Position numbers and translations under genes: made by a program. From assembly GCA_902782445.1 (NCBI GenBank), contig CACZNC010000003.1:3040-67039 (forward strand): a DNA stretch of 64,000 bases, in the 5' to 3' direction. Source of the stretch: an uncultured Ruminococcus sp. (GTDB lineage Bacteria > Bacillota > Clostridia > Oscillospirales > CAG-272). This document shows, piece after piece, positions 1 to 7,975 of this stretch. Each line of letters begins with the position of its first letter. Position 1 is the first letter of the stretch. The notes under the pieces are model-generated. The model was not told the origin of the DNA and searched no databases. It was given only the letters and a program-made list of their open reading frames with translations.

Positions 1-2107
1 CGCTGCTGCCAACCTCGGTCTGGCTGCCGGTGACGGTGACAGACTGGATGCTGTGCCCTTCGGCCAGCGCCGTGTTCGTACAGGTGCCCACGGTCAGCGG
101 CTTGCCGTCATAGACCTTGGTGCCGCTGTCCGCCGTGATGGTGACGGGCTTCGCATTGATGGTCAGCGTTCCTTTCGCATAGGTGATGTCGTAGTTCGCC
201 GTCACGTCATCGCCCGCAGCGTTCTGGATACTCGCCGCGCTGGGCTCGATCTCATAGCCGGTCTCGCTGACTACTGTCCCCTGTCCGTTCAGCGTGATGC
301 TCGCCAGCGTGTCGCCCTCCGCCAGTTGCCCGGTAATCGTGACCTTTTTGGCAATCTGAGCCGGTTCTTCGTAGGATGTGTCGCCTTCGCCCTGGGTATT
401 GCCGGTGTATGTGCAAGTCTGGTCTTCCGCCGTGATGGTCAAGGCCTTCTGGGCGATAGAAAACTCGGTTTCGATATACGCGTGTCCGGCCCCGTAGCCA
501 CTGTTTGTAAACGTGATCACCCGCTTATAATCCCCGGCATTTATGACCGACGCAGCGGGGCTCCAGGTATCCTCCGAGGTTTTTACCCGATACGTTACGG
601 TGTAGTCCAACACCGGCTCCAGGATCCTGAAATATGTATCGTATGTATTTCCGTCTTCTTCCGTGATCGTCGCTCGATAGGTTCCGGGATCGGTCGGCGC
701 GCCCTCCGTTTCCATCCAGTCATTTGAGGTCTGTTGATGATATGTCACCTTCGCCCCCTCCGGAATGACCGGAGCATTCACGATCACGGTTGGGTCGATC
801 GTATGCGGCGTCCCGTCATAGGTCACGGTGCCGCTGGCCGCCGGGTCTGTCACGGTCACCCGGACCTTCGCGGGCCAGTCGTCTGCGGCGATTTGACTAG
901 CATCAGATAACGGCTTCCCATCCGAGTCGAAATTGAACCCCTTCAGATGTGGATAGAACCAATAATATGTTCCGTTTTCTTCGCTGTCTGCCCGGAAAAG
1001 CCAGGGGCTGACCGCAGGGGCAGTATACGCAAACACAAGATTATTGCCGGCGCTCCCCCCGGTCATCTGGGCGGTGGTCAGGCCCTTGACGGTATCGGTG
1101 TCAGCGCCGTTGATGGCGCCGATCGTCACGCTGATCGTGTCATAATAGCAGTACGTCACGGTGCCATTGTCGTTACCGCCCACCACGCCGCCGACCAATC
1201 TGCTGCCGCTGACGCCGCCGGTGTTGTAGCAGTTCTCCACGTTGCCCGTGTTACCGCCCACCACGCCGCCGACATAGTTGCTGTTGCCGGTGACGCTGCC
1301 GGTGTTATAGCAGTTCTCCTCGGTGCCGCGGTAGTTATCGCCCACCACGCCGCCAACATAGTCTTTGCCGGTGATGCTGCCGGTGTTATAGCAGTTCTCC
1401 ACGGTGCCGCCGTCAATGTTACCGCCCACCACGCCGCCGACCAATCTGCTGCCGCTGACGCCGCCGGTGTTGTAGCAGTTCTCCACGTTGCCCGTGTTAT
1501 AGCCCACCACGCCGCCGACATAGTTGCTGCTGCCGGTGACGCTGCCGGTGTTATAGCAGTTCTCCATGGTGCCGCCGAAGTTATAGCCCACCACTCCGCC
1601 GACATAGTTGCTTCCGGACATGCTGCCGCCCTCCAGGCCCACGTTCTGCACGGTGCCTTTAATATCGCCGTCTGTGCCCACATAGCCGAACAGACCCACG
1701 TAGTTAGTATTGTCGTTGTTGTACGTCAGGCCGGTGATGACGCAGCCCCGGCCGTCGAAGGTGCCGGTGTATTTGGCGTTGTCAGAGGTTGAGTTCCAGT
1801 AGCCGATGGGCGTCCAGGCATAGTCCGGGTTGATCTCATAATACGCAGAGGCCGAGGCGTCGATGTCCTTCGTCAGGATGGCGCAGGCAGATTTGTTCTG
1901 AGTGATTGAGGAATGCGTGCCGTTGACGATAGCGGCAAATTCCAGCAGCCCGGCATAGTTCGAGATCTCGTAACGCTGGTCGCTCTCGTTCCAGACGATG
2001 CCGGAGTCGCCCGCCGCCCGGGTCGGGACCGCCGCCATGGAGAAGAGCGTCAGGCAGAGCGCCAGCATGAGAAGCCATGCCGCAAACGATTTCGGTGAAG
2101 TTTTCAT
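1..2107 (-). CDS. Large secreted cell-surface repeat protein: signal peptide, GLUG-like repeats (ENCYNTG.V.G..YVGGVVG) and C-terminal MBG/YDG-type repeats (KVYDGKPLT). The 3' end lies beyond the window.
   Basis: The minus-strand frame is open from ATG 2107 to the window edge; I checked it for in-frame stops at several places. AGGAGG RBS at 2112-2117. N-terminus MKTSPKSFAAWLLMLALCLTLFSMAAVPTRAAG. It is missing from the ORF track because it has no stop codon in the window. Confidence 0.8.
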   Translation of the reverse strand, partial: MKTSPKSFAAWLLMLALCLTLFSMAAVPTRAAGDSGIVWNESDQRYEISNYAGLLEFAAIVNGTHSSITQNKSACAILTKDIDASASAYYEINPDYAWTPIGYWNSTSDNAKYTGTFDGRGCVITGLTYNNDNTNYVGLFGYVGTDGDIKGTVQNVGLEGGSMSGSNYVGGVVGYNFGGTMENCYNTGSVTGSSNYVGGVVGYNTGNVENCYNTGGVSGSRLVGGVVGGNIDGGTVENCYNTGSITGKDYVGGVVGDNYRGTEENCYNTGSVTGNSNYVGGVVGGNTGNVENCYNTGGVSGSRLVGGVVGGNDNGTVTYCYYDTISVTIGAINGADTDTVKGLTTAQMTGGSAGNNLVFAYTAPAVSPWLFRADSEENGTYYWFYPHLKGFNFDSDGKPLSDASQIAADDWPAKVRVTVTDPAASGTVTYDGTPHTIDPTVIVNAPVIPEGAKVTYHQQTSNDWMETEGAPTDPGTYRATITEEDGNTYDTYFRILEPVLDYTVTYRVKTSEDTWSPAASVINAGDYKRVITFTNSGYGAGHAYIETEFSIAQKALTITAEDQTCTYTGNTQGEGDTSYEEPAQIAKKVTITGQLAEGDTLASITLNGQGTVVSETGYEIEPSAASIQNAAGDDVTANYDITYAKGTLTINAKPVTITADSGTKVYDGKPLTVGTCTNTALAEGHSIQSVTVTGSQTEVGSS
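1173..1640 (-). repeat. In-frame tandem coding repeats inside the surface protein: units of about 81-84 bp, with a near-identical higher-order duplication at a 246-bp offset
   Basis: The stretch ttaccgcccaccacgccgccgaccaatctgctgccgctgacgccgccggtgttgtagcagttctccacgttgcccgtgtta occurs at 1173 and again at 1419, and the flanking sequence is also nearly identical. Confidence 0.85.
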
Positions 2108-2173
2108 AAATCCTCCTGAATCCTCCGCGGGCAAGGCGTGGGAAGATTTGCCGGATAAATACTTATTCAGTTT

Positions 2174-2202
2174 ATTATAACACATTTGGGAATCCTTTGC
2201 AA
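2174..2202 (-). promoter_or_regulatory. Sigma-A-type promoter for the surface protein gene
   Basis: On the minus strand: TTGCAA (2197-2202), a 17-nt spacer, then TATAAT (2174-2179), about 65 nt upstream of ATG 2107. Confidence 0.5.
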
Positions 2203-2492
2203 GAGGAAATGAAAAATCGGTGTGAATAAAGGGTTCGGGCCCGCGGCCGCAGGAAAAGAAGAACCCGAAAACATCTTGCATTCCTTCGGGATTCATTGTA
2301 TAATAATAGAGAGAAACGCGGCGGGAGGGTGCGGGATATCGTTTACCTGAACGAGCAGGAGACGATCCAGGCGGAGATCCGGTTCGGGAGCGTGAGGAGT
2401 TCCCCGCGGCACGTGAGAAGGTCGGGAAGATCACGAGATAACAGATAACAGAAGCCATACAGGCCTTATCCCTCGTCATTTCGTTCTTGTTA

Positions 2493-2509
2493 TGCGCATA
2501 TTATGCGCA
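2493..2509 (+). promoter_or_regulatory. Perfect 8-1-8 inverted repeat TGCGCATA-T-TATGCGCA, a candidate antitoxin operator
   Basis: It lies immediately upstream of the -35 box of the RelB/ParE promoter. TATGCGCA also occurs as a direct repeat at 2491 and 2502. Confidence 0.45.
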
Positions 2510-2514
2510 GGTTC

Positions 2515-2543
2515 TTGACAAAACCGAACGGATGTGGTAGAAT
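2515..2543 (+). promoter_or_regulatory. Promoter of the toxin-antitoxin operon
   Basis: TTGACA (2515-2520), a 17-nt spacer, then TGg-TAGAAT (extended -10, 2535-2543). Confidence 0.6.
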
Positions 2544-2575
2544 ACGTTCATGAAGATCCGCAAAGGAGACTTACC

Positions 2576-2866
2576 ATGCCGAAAGTCAGCACCAACATCA
2601 CCCTCGATCCCGAACTTAAGCGCAGCGCGCAGGAACTGTACGCCGATCTCGGCCTTGATCTGTCCACCGCCGTCACGATCTTTCTGAAACAGTCCCTCCG
2701 TGTAGGCGGGATCCCGTTTCCCGTCGTCCGAACCGATCCCCCGCGCCTCACGGCTGATGAAATCCTGAAGGATCTTGCGCTGTCCCGCGATCAGATCGCC
2801 TCCGGTCAGGGCATGGATGCGGAAGAGGCGCTTATGGAGATGGGGAAGGCAAATGGATACGTATAA
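2576..2866 (+). CDS. RelB/DinJ-family type II antitoxin
   Basis: The N-terminus MPKVSTNITLDPELKRSAQELYADLGLDLSTAVTIFLKQSL is a typical DinJ/RelB ribbon-helix-helix. GGAGA RBS. I prefer the ATG at 2576 over the track start at 2534. Confidence 0.8.
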   Translation: MPKVSTNITLDPELKRSAQELYADLGLDLSTAVTIFLKQSLRVGGIPFPVVRTDPPRLTADEILKDLALSRDQIASGQGMDAEEALMEMGKANGYV

Positions 2867-3191
2867 GGTCGTCATTTCTCCCCGCGCGATGGAGCTTTTG
2901 CAAAAGAGTGTGAACTATATCAGGGACGTTCTGTTGGCACCTCTCGCGGCTCAGGCAGTTTGGGAGGATGCTTTGGAAACGGTTCGTGAACTGAAAACCG
3001 TTGCGGGGTCGCTCCGGCTTTGTTCAGCCCCCCGTTTGCGTTCCCTCGGATATCACACCGCGCGGTTTCAGCGTCATGATTACATCATGCTCTATCGTAT
3101 CGAAGGTCATACAGCCTATATCGACGCCGTCTATCACCTCAAACAGGATTATGAGCGTATCTTCACCCGCGAATTGAACAATGAGCGGTGA
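2853..3191 (+). CDS. ParE/RelE-superfamily type II toxin
   Basis: MDTYKVVISPRAMELL...YIMLYRIEGHTAYIDAVYHLKQDY. About 112 aa, and it overlaps the end of the antitoxin gene by 14 nt. Confidence 0.7.
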   Translation: MDTYKVVISPRAMELLQKSVNYIRDVLLAPLAAQAVWEDALETVRELKTVAGSLRLCSAPRLRSLGYHTARFQRHDYIMLYRIEGHTAYIDAVYHLKQDYERIFTRELNNER

Positions 3192-3451
3192 CATCTTCCG
3201 ACTGCATTCCCCCGCCCTTATACTTTGTCTACAGCGGCGAAAACTTTTCGCATCTTTCCCCTTCTCTCCGGCGGAAATGGCAGCCCTACCCAAAACTCCT
3301 GACCACATACTCTACCATAGACACGCCCGGAACAGGCGGAGACAAGTAGTTCAAACCCGGTCAAAGAGTAGGATGTATCGAGCAAAAATGCCCGGAAAGC
3401 CTTACAGATCAACAGCTGGAAGGCTCCGGGCGCCTTTGGGATGTCGAGGCC

Positions 3452-3476
3452 GCGAGTTCGAGTCTCGCCACTCCGA
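3452..3476 (+). other. tRNA-like T-arm plus 3' acceptor strand (GCGAG-TTCGAGT-CTCGC-CACTCCGA); a relic, not a functional tRNA
   Basis: The T-stem/loop is canonical, but I could not find a matching 5' acceptor strand, D-arm or acceptable anticodon arm upstream. Confidence 0.3.
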
Positions 3477-3490
3477 CGGCTGAAAAGCAG

Positions 3491-3550
3491 GGAAAGTCCT
3501 TGAAATCATTGAGGTTTCGGGGACTTTCTCTTTTTGGGATATTCGGTTTT
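3491..3550 (+). repeat. Copy A of a hairpin-containing repeat (AAAGTCC..GAAA..TTTC..GGACTTT, then CTCTTTTTGGGATATTCGGTTTT)
   Basis: About 85 percent identical to 17671-17729. Similarity resumes at 3595-3632, matching 17731-17765. Confidence 0.7.
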
Positions 3551-3839
3551 GCGGGGCGGCAGACCACAGGGGGTACCATAGACAAATCGATTTTTGAGGA
3601 ACCCTTTTTCTGCTTTGTTTCGCTCTGGATTCGTCCGGTTTGGAGTTCACTCAGGCGGAAAGGCTTTTCTTTGTTTTCTGCGTGGGAGTTTTTGCCTGCG
3701 GAGTGGGATTGGTCCGGCTTAGCTCGGATGGGGGGAATCGAACTCCTAACACGGTTTGCAGCGAGGGGGGCAAAGATTCCCCTCATGCCCGGCAGACGAT
3801 TTCTCCAACCAAATAAGACTCCCCTCCAACCCGTTCTGA

Positions 3840-3868
3840 TTGCATAATCCGCAAAGATATGCTATAAT
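3840..3868 (+). promoter_or_regulatory. Promoter of the XRE-MoxR operon
   Basis: TTGCAT (3840-3845), a 17-nt spacer, then TATAAT (3863-3868), 35 nt upstream of ATG 3903. Confidence 0.6.
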
Positions 3869-3902
3869 GAATTCAATCTATCAAAGCACGCCGGAGGGAA
3901 TC

Positions 3903-5054
3903 ATGGAACTTCTCATTGCCGAGCGGGTGCGGGAGAACCGGAAGCGGCTCGGGCTGACGCAGGAAGAGCTGGCCGGGCGTCTCGGCGTGTCCCCGCAGAC
4001 CGTGTCCTACTGGGAGAACGGGGGCTACCCCGACATCACCATGCTGCCCGTCATCGCCAACCACTTCGGGATCACGGTGGACGCGCTCATGGGCAACGAC
4101 GCCGAGCGCATCCGGGAGGACATCGACGCGTTTTTCAACCGCTCAAAGCTGATTTCCTCCGTCGAGGAGAGCTTCGAGGAGGCGCGGGCGTTCTATGCGA
4201 AATACCCGCAGGAGCGGATCATCCAGAGCGTCCTTCTGCAGCGATTCGAAACCCTTCCCCCCGAGCTGCGGAATACCCGCCGGGAACTCGCGCGGGAGGT
4301 CGCCGGGAAGATCCTCTCCGACCCGTGGGCGTCTCCGTCCGACCGGGGAACGGCGATCATGTCGATGGCGCGGACGACGGCGGGAGAGGAGCGGCAGAGG
4401 TGGCTGGCTCTGCTGACCGACAGCACGGCAAACCGCAAAACCCTTACGGAGTATTCCATCGTCATGCAGGAGCGGGGACCGGAGGCGGCGTTTCCGTATC
4501 TCGGCGTCGACCGCATCCTCGGTTTCCGCCGCGCACTGCTCTCGGATATCGGTTACGATGTGAACCCGTCTGAAGAAACGGTTCGAAAAGCGCAGTTCTT
4601 TCTGGGGATCCTTACATCCTTCGGTGAAGGCGCGATCCCGGAGGGCTGGCTCTGCGGCGCGGGCGGACTGTATACAGATCTCGCCTTTGCGCTCTTCCGG
4701 CTGGATCGGAAAGAGGAAGGGTATGACGCCCTCCGGTCTGCGCTGGACTGCTTCTCCCGGTTTGCGGCAAATCCCCCGGACGCATGGCTCGACGTCGGCG
4801 CGCCTTTCCTCTTCCGCGGCGTGAAGGTCGGGATCAAGGCGTGGGATTTCCTGATCCCGGACGGCATGGAGTACAGAACGGACAGCTTTGCGTCCTGCCC
4901 GAAACCGATAAGCCTCGTGATCCGAATGAGAGTTCCCCTCGCGTCCACCGCGGAACTGCGCCGGGAGCCGGAATACCGCCGCATCCTCAGCGAAGCGGAA
5001 AAACTCATACCGGAGAAGATCCGGATCGAACTTGCGAAGGAGGGGACGCTGTGA
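3903..5054 (+). CDS. XRE-family HTH regulator with a C-terminal helical (TPR-like) domain of about 310 aa
   Basis: MELLIAERVRENRKRLGLTQEELAGRLGVSPQTVSYWENG. GGAGGG RBS before ATG 3903. The architecture matches the paralogs at 9.1-17.5 kb. Confidence 0.8.
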   Translation: MELLIAERVRENRKRLGLTQEELAGRLGVSPQTVSYWENGGYPDITMLPVIANHFGITVDALMGNDAERIREDIDAFFNRSKLISSVEESFEEARAFYAKYPQERIIQSVLLQRFETLPPELRNTRRELAREVAGKILSDPWASPSDRGTAIMSMARTTAGEERQRWLALLTDSTANRKTLTEYSIVMQERGPEAAFPYLGVDRILGFRRALLSDIGYDVNPSEETVRKAQFFLGILTSFGEGAIPEGWLCGAGGLYTDLAFALFRLDRKEEGYDALRSALDCFSRFAANPPDAWLDVGAPFLFRGVKVGIKAWDFLIPDGMEYRTDSFASCPKPISLVIRMRVPLASTAELRREPEYRRILSEAEKLIPEKIRIELAKEGTL

Positions 5055-5995
5055 GAATATCGACGCTTGCCCGCGCCCTGTCCGATTCCCTGTCGCGGGT
5101 CATCTGCGGCAAGGAGGATAAGATCGCCCTCGTCCTCGCCGCCTTTCTCGCGGGCGGACACGTTCTGCTGGAAGACGCGCCGGGGACGGGAAAAAGCACC
5201 CTCGCCAAAGCCCTTGCCCGGTCGGTGGACTGCCCCTTCCGCCGCATCCAGTTCACCCCCGATCTGCTCCCGGCGGACGTCACGGGGCTGAACGTCTGGG
5301 ATCCCGCGTCGCGGCAGTTCGTCTTCCGGCCCGGCCCGGTGTTCTGCGGCGTGCTTTTGGCGGACGAGATCAACCGCGCGGCTCCGAGGACCCAGTCCGC
5401 CCTTCTGGAATGCATGGGCGAAAACCAGGTCACGGTGGACGGGGTGACATACCCCATGGCGGAGTCGTTTTTTGTCATCGCCACGGAAAATCCGGTGGAG
5501 GCGAAGGGAACCTTCCCCCTGCCCGAAGCCCAGCTCGACCGGTTCATGATCCGCCTCTCCCTCGGCTACCCGGACAGATCGGCGGAAGCGGACATGGCGC
5601 GGCTCTGGCTCCGGGGAACGGACACGCCGCTCGACGGAATGACCCCGGTCTGCGCAGCGGAAGACGTTCTCGAAGCCCGGCGGGAAGTCGAATCCGTCGC
5701 CGTATCGCCGAAGATCACGGACTATGTTGTCGCGATCACGTCCGCCACCCGGGACGACGCCGCGCTCCGGCTTGGGGTCAGCCCCCGCGGGACGCTCCAC
5801 CTTCTCAGAATGTCCCAGGCCCTCGCCGCGATGGACGGGCGGGATTACGTGCTCCCAGACGACGTGAAGCGGGCGGCGGTCCCGGTTCTCGCCCACCGGG
5901 TGCTGTCCTCGGCGCAGAACCGCCTGAAGCTGTCCCGGAGCGCGCCGGAGATCATCGAACGGATCGTCGCATCGATCCCCTCCCCGGTGGACTGA
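5051..5995 (+). CDS. MoxR-family AAA+ ATPase
   Basis: GTG 5051 overlaps the upstream stop codon (GTGA). Walker A LLEDAPGTGKST and Walker B LLADEINRA, followed by FFVIATENP..LPEAQLDRF. Confidence 0.9.
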   Translation: MRISTLARALSDSLSRVICGKEDKIALVLAAFLAGGHVLLEDAPGTGKSTLAKALARSVDCPFRRIQFTPDLLPADVTGLNVWDPASRQFVFRPGPVFCGVLLADEINRAAPRTQSALLECMGENQVTVDGVTYPMAESFFVIATENPVEAKGTFPLPEAQLDRFMIRLSLGYPDRSAEADMARLWLRGTDTPLDGMTPVCAAEDVLEARREVESVAVSPKITDYVVAITSATRDDAALRLGVSPRGTLHLLRMSQALAAMDGRDYVLPDDVKRAAVPVLAHRVLSSAQNRLKLSRSAPEIIERIVASIPSPVD

Positions 5996-5996
5996 C

Positions 5997-7214
5997 ATGA
6001 CGGCGGAGCTTGTGATCTTCCTCCTCTCCCTCGCGGTGTCCGGGGTGCTCGCGGCGATGCTTTTGCGCTCCGTGGTCAATACCACGCTGAAGACGAAGCT
6101 GTCCTGCGGGCTGACTCTCGACACCGACGCGACGGCGGACACCGATCTCATGGAGGGCGAGGGGTTTTTCCTGAACGTCACGCTGACGAACGGCTCCGCT
6201 GTTCCCTTCCCGAAGCTCCGGCTCAACCTGAACCTGCCGGAAGGCCTGATCTTTGAAGACGGCGGGACCTCCGTGAGGGTGGAACGCTTCACGGTGCCCG
6301 CCGGATCCTCCGTCTCGCGGAAGCTCTGGGTGAAAGCCGTCCGGCGCGGGGCGTACACTGTGGATTACGCGGTGCTGGTGCGGAAGAAGAGCCTTCTGCT
6401 CGACCTTGTGTCCTTCCGTCTGGCTGTTCCCGTCGGGCGTTTCAATTCCGTGACGGTCTATCCCGCGGTGATGGATCTGGACGAGCATTTCACCACCGCG
6501 CCCTACACCGTGGGAGATGTTGAGGTGCCCCGCTCGCCCCTGTCGGATCCGCTGGATTTCATCGGCGTGCGGTCCTACCGGAACGAACCGCTGTCCCGAA
6601 TCAACTGGAAGAAATCCGCCGCTGCCGGGGAATGGATGGCGAACGAAAACGGGTTCACCGAAGAGAGGGATTTAACGATCCTGCTCAACCTCCAGTCCCG
6701 GGCGTATGAGCGGTACGATTCCGTGACAGAAGGGATCAGCTCGACGGAACTCACGGAGCTCGGGATCTCCGTCACCGCATCCCTGATCGACGAAATCTCA
6801 GCGTATGAAGTCCCGGTGCGCGTACTGTTCAACGGCTCCTCGGACACCTTCTCGCAGACGGAGGAGATCGGAGAGCACAGAATCACCCTTTCGGACGAGG
6901 CTTCCTGTCTGCCGGACTACCACAACCTCATGCGGATGCTGGCGCGGATCTCCGGCGGCGTGACATACCCGGCCCACAAGCTGTTTTACGCGATCGCCGA
7001 GGAGCCGGAGCGGTTTCTCGCGGGGAAGAATCTCGTGGTGGTCTCCCCCTATTTTGACGCGGTGATGCGGGATTTCTGCCGCTCCTTGCAGTCCCTCGGA
7101 TTCGAGGTCGTCTTCTGGATCACCTCGTCTTTTGCGGACACGTCGGATCTGCCCGAGGACATTCCGCTCTATTACCGCACGTATCGCGCAAGCGCAGAGG
7201 AGGCGAAGGAATGA
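5997..7214 (+). CDS. DUF58-family protein, the usual MoxR partner, with an N-terminal transmembrane helix
   Basis: DFIGVRSYRNEPLSRINWKKSAA matches the DUF58 signature. The gene starts 1 nt after the MoxR stop codon. Confidence 0.75.
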   Translation: MTAELVIFLLSLAVSGVLAAMLLRSVVNTTLKTKLSCGLTLDTDATADTDLMEGEGFFLNVTLTNGSAVPFPKLRLNLNLPEGLIFEDGGTSVRVERFTVPAGSSVSRKLWVKAVRRGAYTVDYAVLVRKKSLLLDLVSFRLAVPVGRFNSVTVYPAVMDLDEHFTTAPYTVGDVEVPRSPLSDPLDFIGVRSYRNEPLSRINWKKSAAAGEWMANENGFTEERDLTILLNLQSRAYERYDSVTEGISSTELTELGISVTASLIDEISAYEVPVRVLFNGSSDTFSQTEEIGEHRITLSDEASCLPDYHNLMRMLARISGGVTYPAHKLFYAIAEEPERFLAGKNLVVVSPYFDAVMRDFCRSLQSLGFEVVFWITSSFADTSDLPEDIPLYYRTYRASAEEAKE

Positions 7215-7975
7215 AAACGAAACTCTCCTATCCGTTGTTCTTCCTCTGCGCCGTTCTCGTCTTTTTCCCCTTTGTGTTCCTCCCGCTGAACGCCCTCTGG
7301 CTGATTTTCAAATCCCTCGTCTGGTTCGGCGCGGGAAAGGGACGGGAGGATTATGCCGCCGGGGTCTGGGATCGGACGCCCCTTGCCGGGCTGAGCGTCG
7401 GATTTCTCGTCCTCGCCGTCTTTCTTCTGATCGGCCTGTTCGTGTTCAGCCGGTCGCAAAGGGGAAAGCGGTTCCTCGCGGAATCGTCGGGGATCGCCGA
7501 ATGGATCGCCCGGCATTTCTTCCTCGCTATCGTGGAGATCGGACAGTTCTTCTCCATGCTCTTCGGCTTCTCCTACCGGAAGGAGGACAAAACCCGAACG
7601 ACCGACGAGGCCCAGTCCTTCCGGGCAACGCAGGACGCCGCGATCCGGGACTACGAACCCGACGAAAAACTCCCGGACGATTACGGTCAGTTCCTGCGCC
7701 GGCTGTCTCGGATCCGTTCGGAAGACCGGAAGATCGGGTATGCTTACCGCACGCTCTGCCGCCTGTACAAAAGGGCCGCGCCGGAGATCTCCGCCTCGGA
7801 CACCCCGCGGGAAGTCCAGCGAAAGGCGGAACGGACAGCCCGGTTTGCCCCCTCCGACCTCGAATCCGCCCGGAGGATCATCGAGCGGGTGAAATTTGAG
7901 GACGCAACTCTTGCAGAACATGAAAAATCCGGCCTGCTTGGGGAGCTCTGCCGGAGTGTGAGGATCCTGTTATGA
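7211..7975 (+). CDS. Membrane protein with a DUF4129-like C-terminal domain
   Basis: ATGA overlap with the DUF58 gene. Several N-terminal transmembrane helices. The C-terminus (YRTLCRLYKRA...SDTPREV...ARRIIERVKFEDA) resembles DUF4129. Confidence 0.55.
   Translation: MKTKLSYPLFFLCAVLVFFPFVFLPLNALWLIFKSLVWFGAGKGREDYAAGVWDRTPLAGLSVGFLVLAVFLLIGLFVFSRSQRGKRFLAESSGIAEWIARHFFLAIVEIGQFFSMLFGFSYRKEDKTRTTDEAQSFRATQDAAIRDYEPDEKLPDDYGQFLRRLSRIRSEDRKIGYAYRTLCRLYKRAAPEISASDTPREVQRKAERTARFAPSDLESARRIIERVKFEDATLAEHEKSGLLGELCRSVRILL

Noticed and set aside
947-1792. 281-aa plus-strand ORF with repetitive AHHAAD/AGVIAVLHGA motifs, and the 175-aa minus-strand ORF at 1156-1683
   Set aside because: The first is the antisense reading and the second an out-of-frame reading of the GLUG repeat region. 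The real gene is the minus-strand frame starting at 2107, which has a signal peptide and an RBS.
2330-2443. Short open frame (VRDIVYLNEQETIQAEIRFGS...) in the intergenic region before the toxin-antitoxin module
   Set aside because: It has no RBS and no recognisable motif. It may be a gene fragment, but I cannot support that.
3389-3478. Possible intact tRNA gene ending at the T-arm at 3452-3468
   Set aside because: No 5' acceptor strand is complementary to CACTCCG, and there is no D-arm. The only foldable anticodon-like hairpin (AAGGC-TCCGGGC-GCCTT) has C at position 33 and would require an implausible variable arm. I treat it as a relic only.
4553-6358. 601-aa minus-strand ORF, with similar long ORFs at 11176-12924, 13111-14865, 45451-47196, 48401-49879, 55042-56559, 24257-25645, 19032-20138, 21198-22040, 30612-31757, 33365-34528, 34509-35957, 56762-57955, 59766-60773, 60908-61822, 61753-62958 and 62424-63470
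   Set aside because: All are antisense to, or out of frame with, genes that carry strong motifs (MoxR, the sigma factor, SBPs, GH2, aro genes and others). They have compositions typical of GC-rich shadow frames and lack RBSs.
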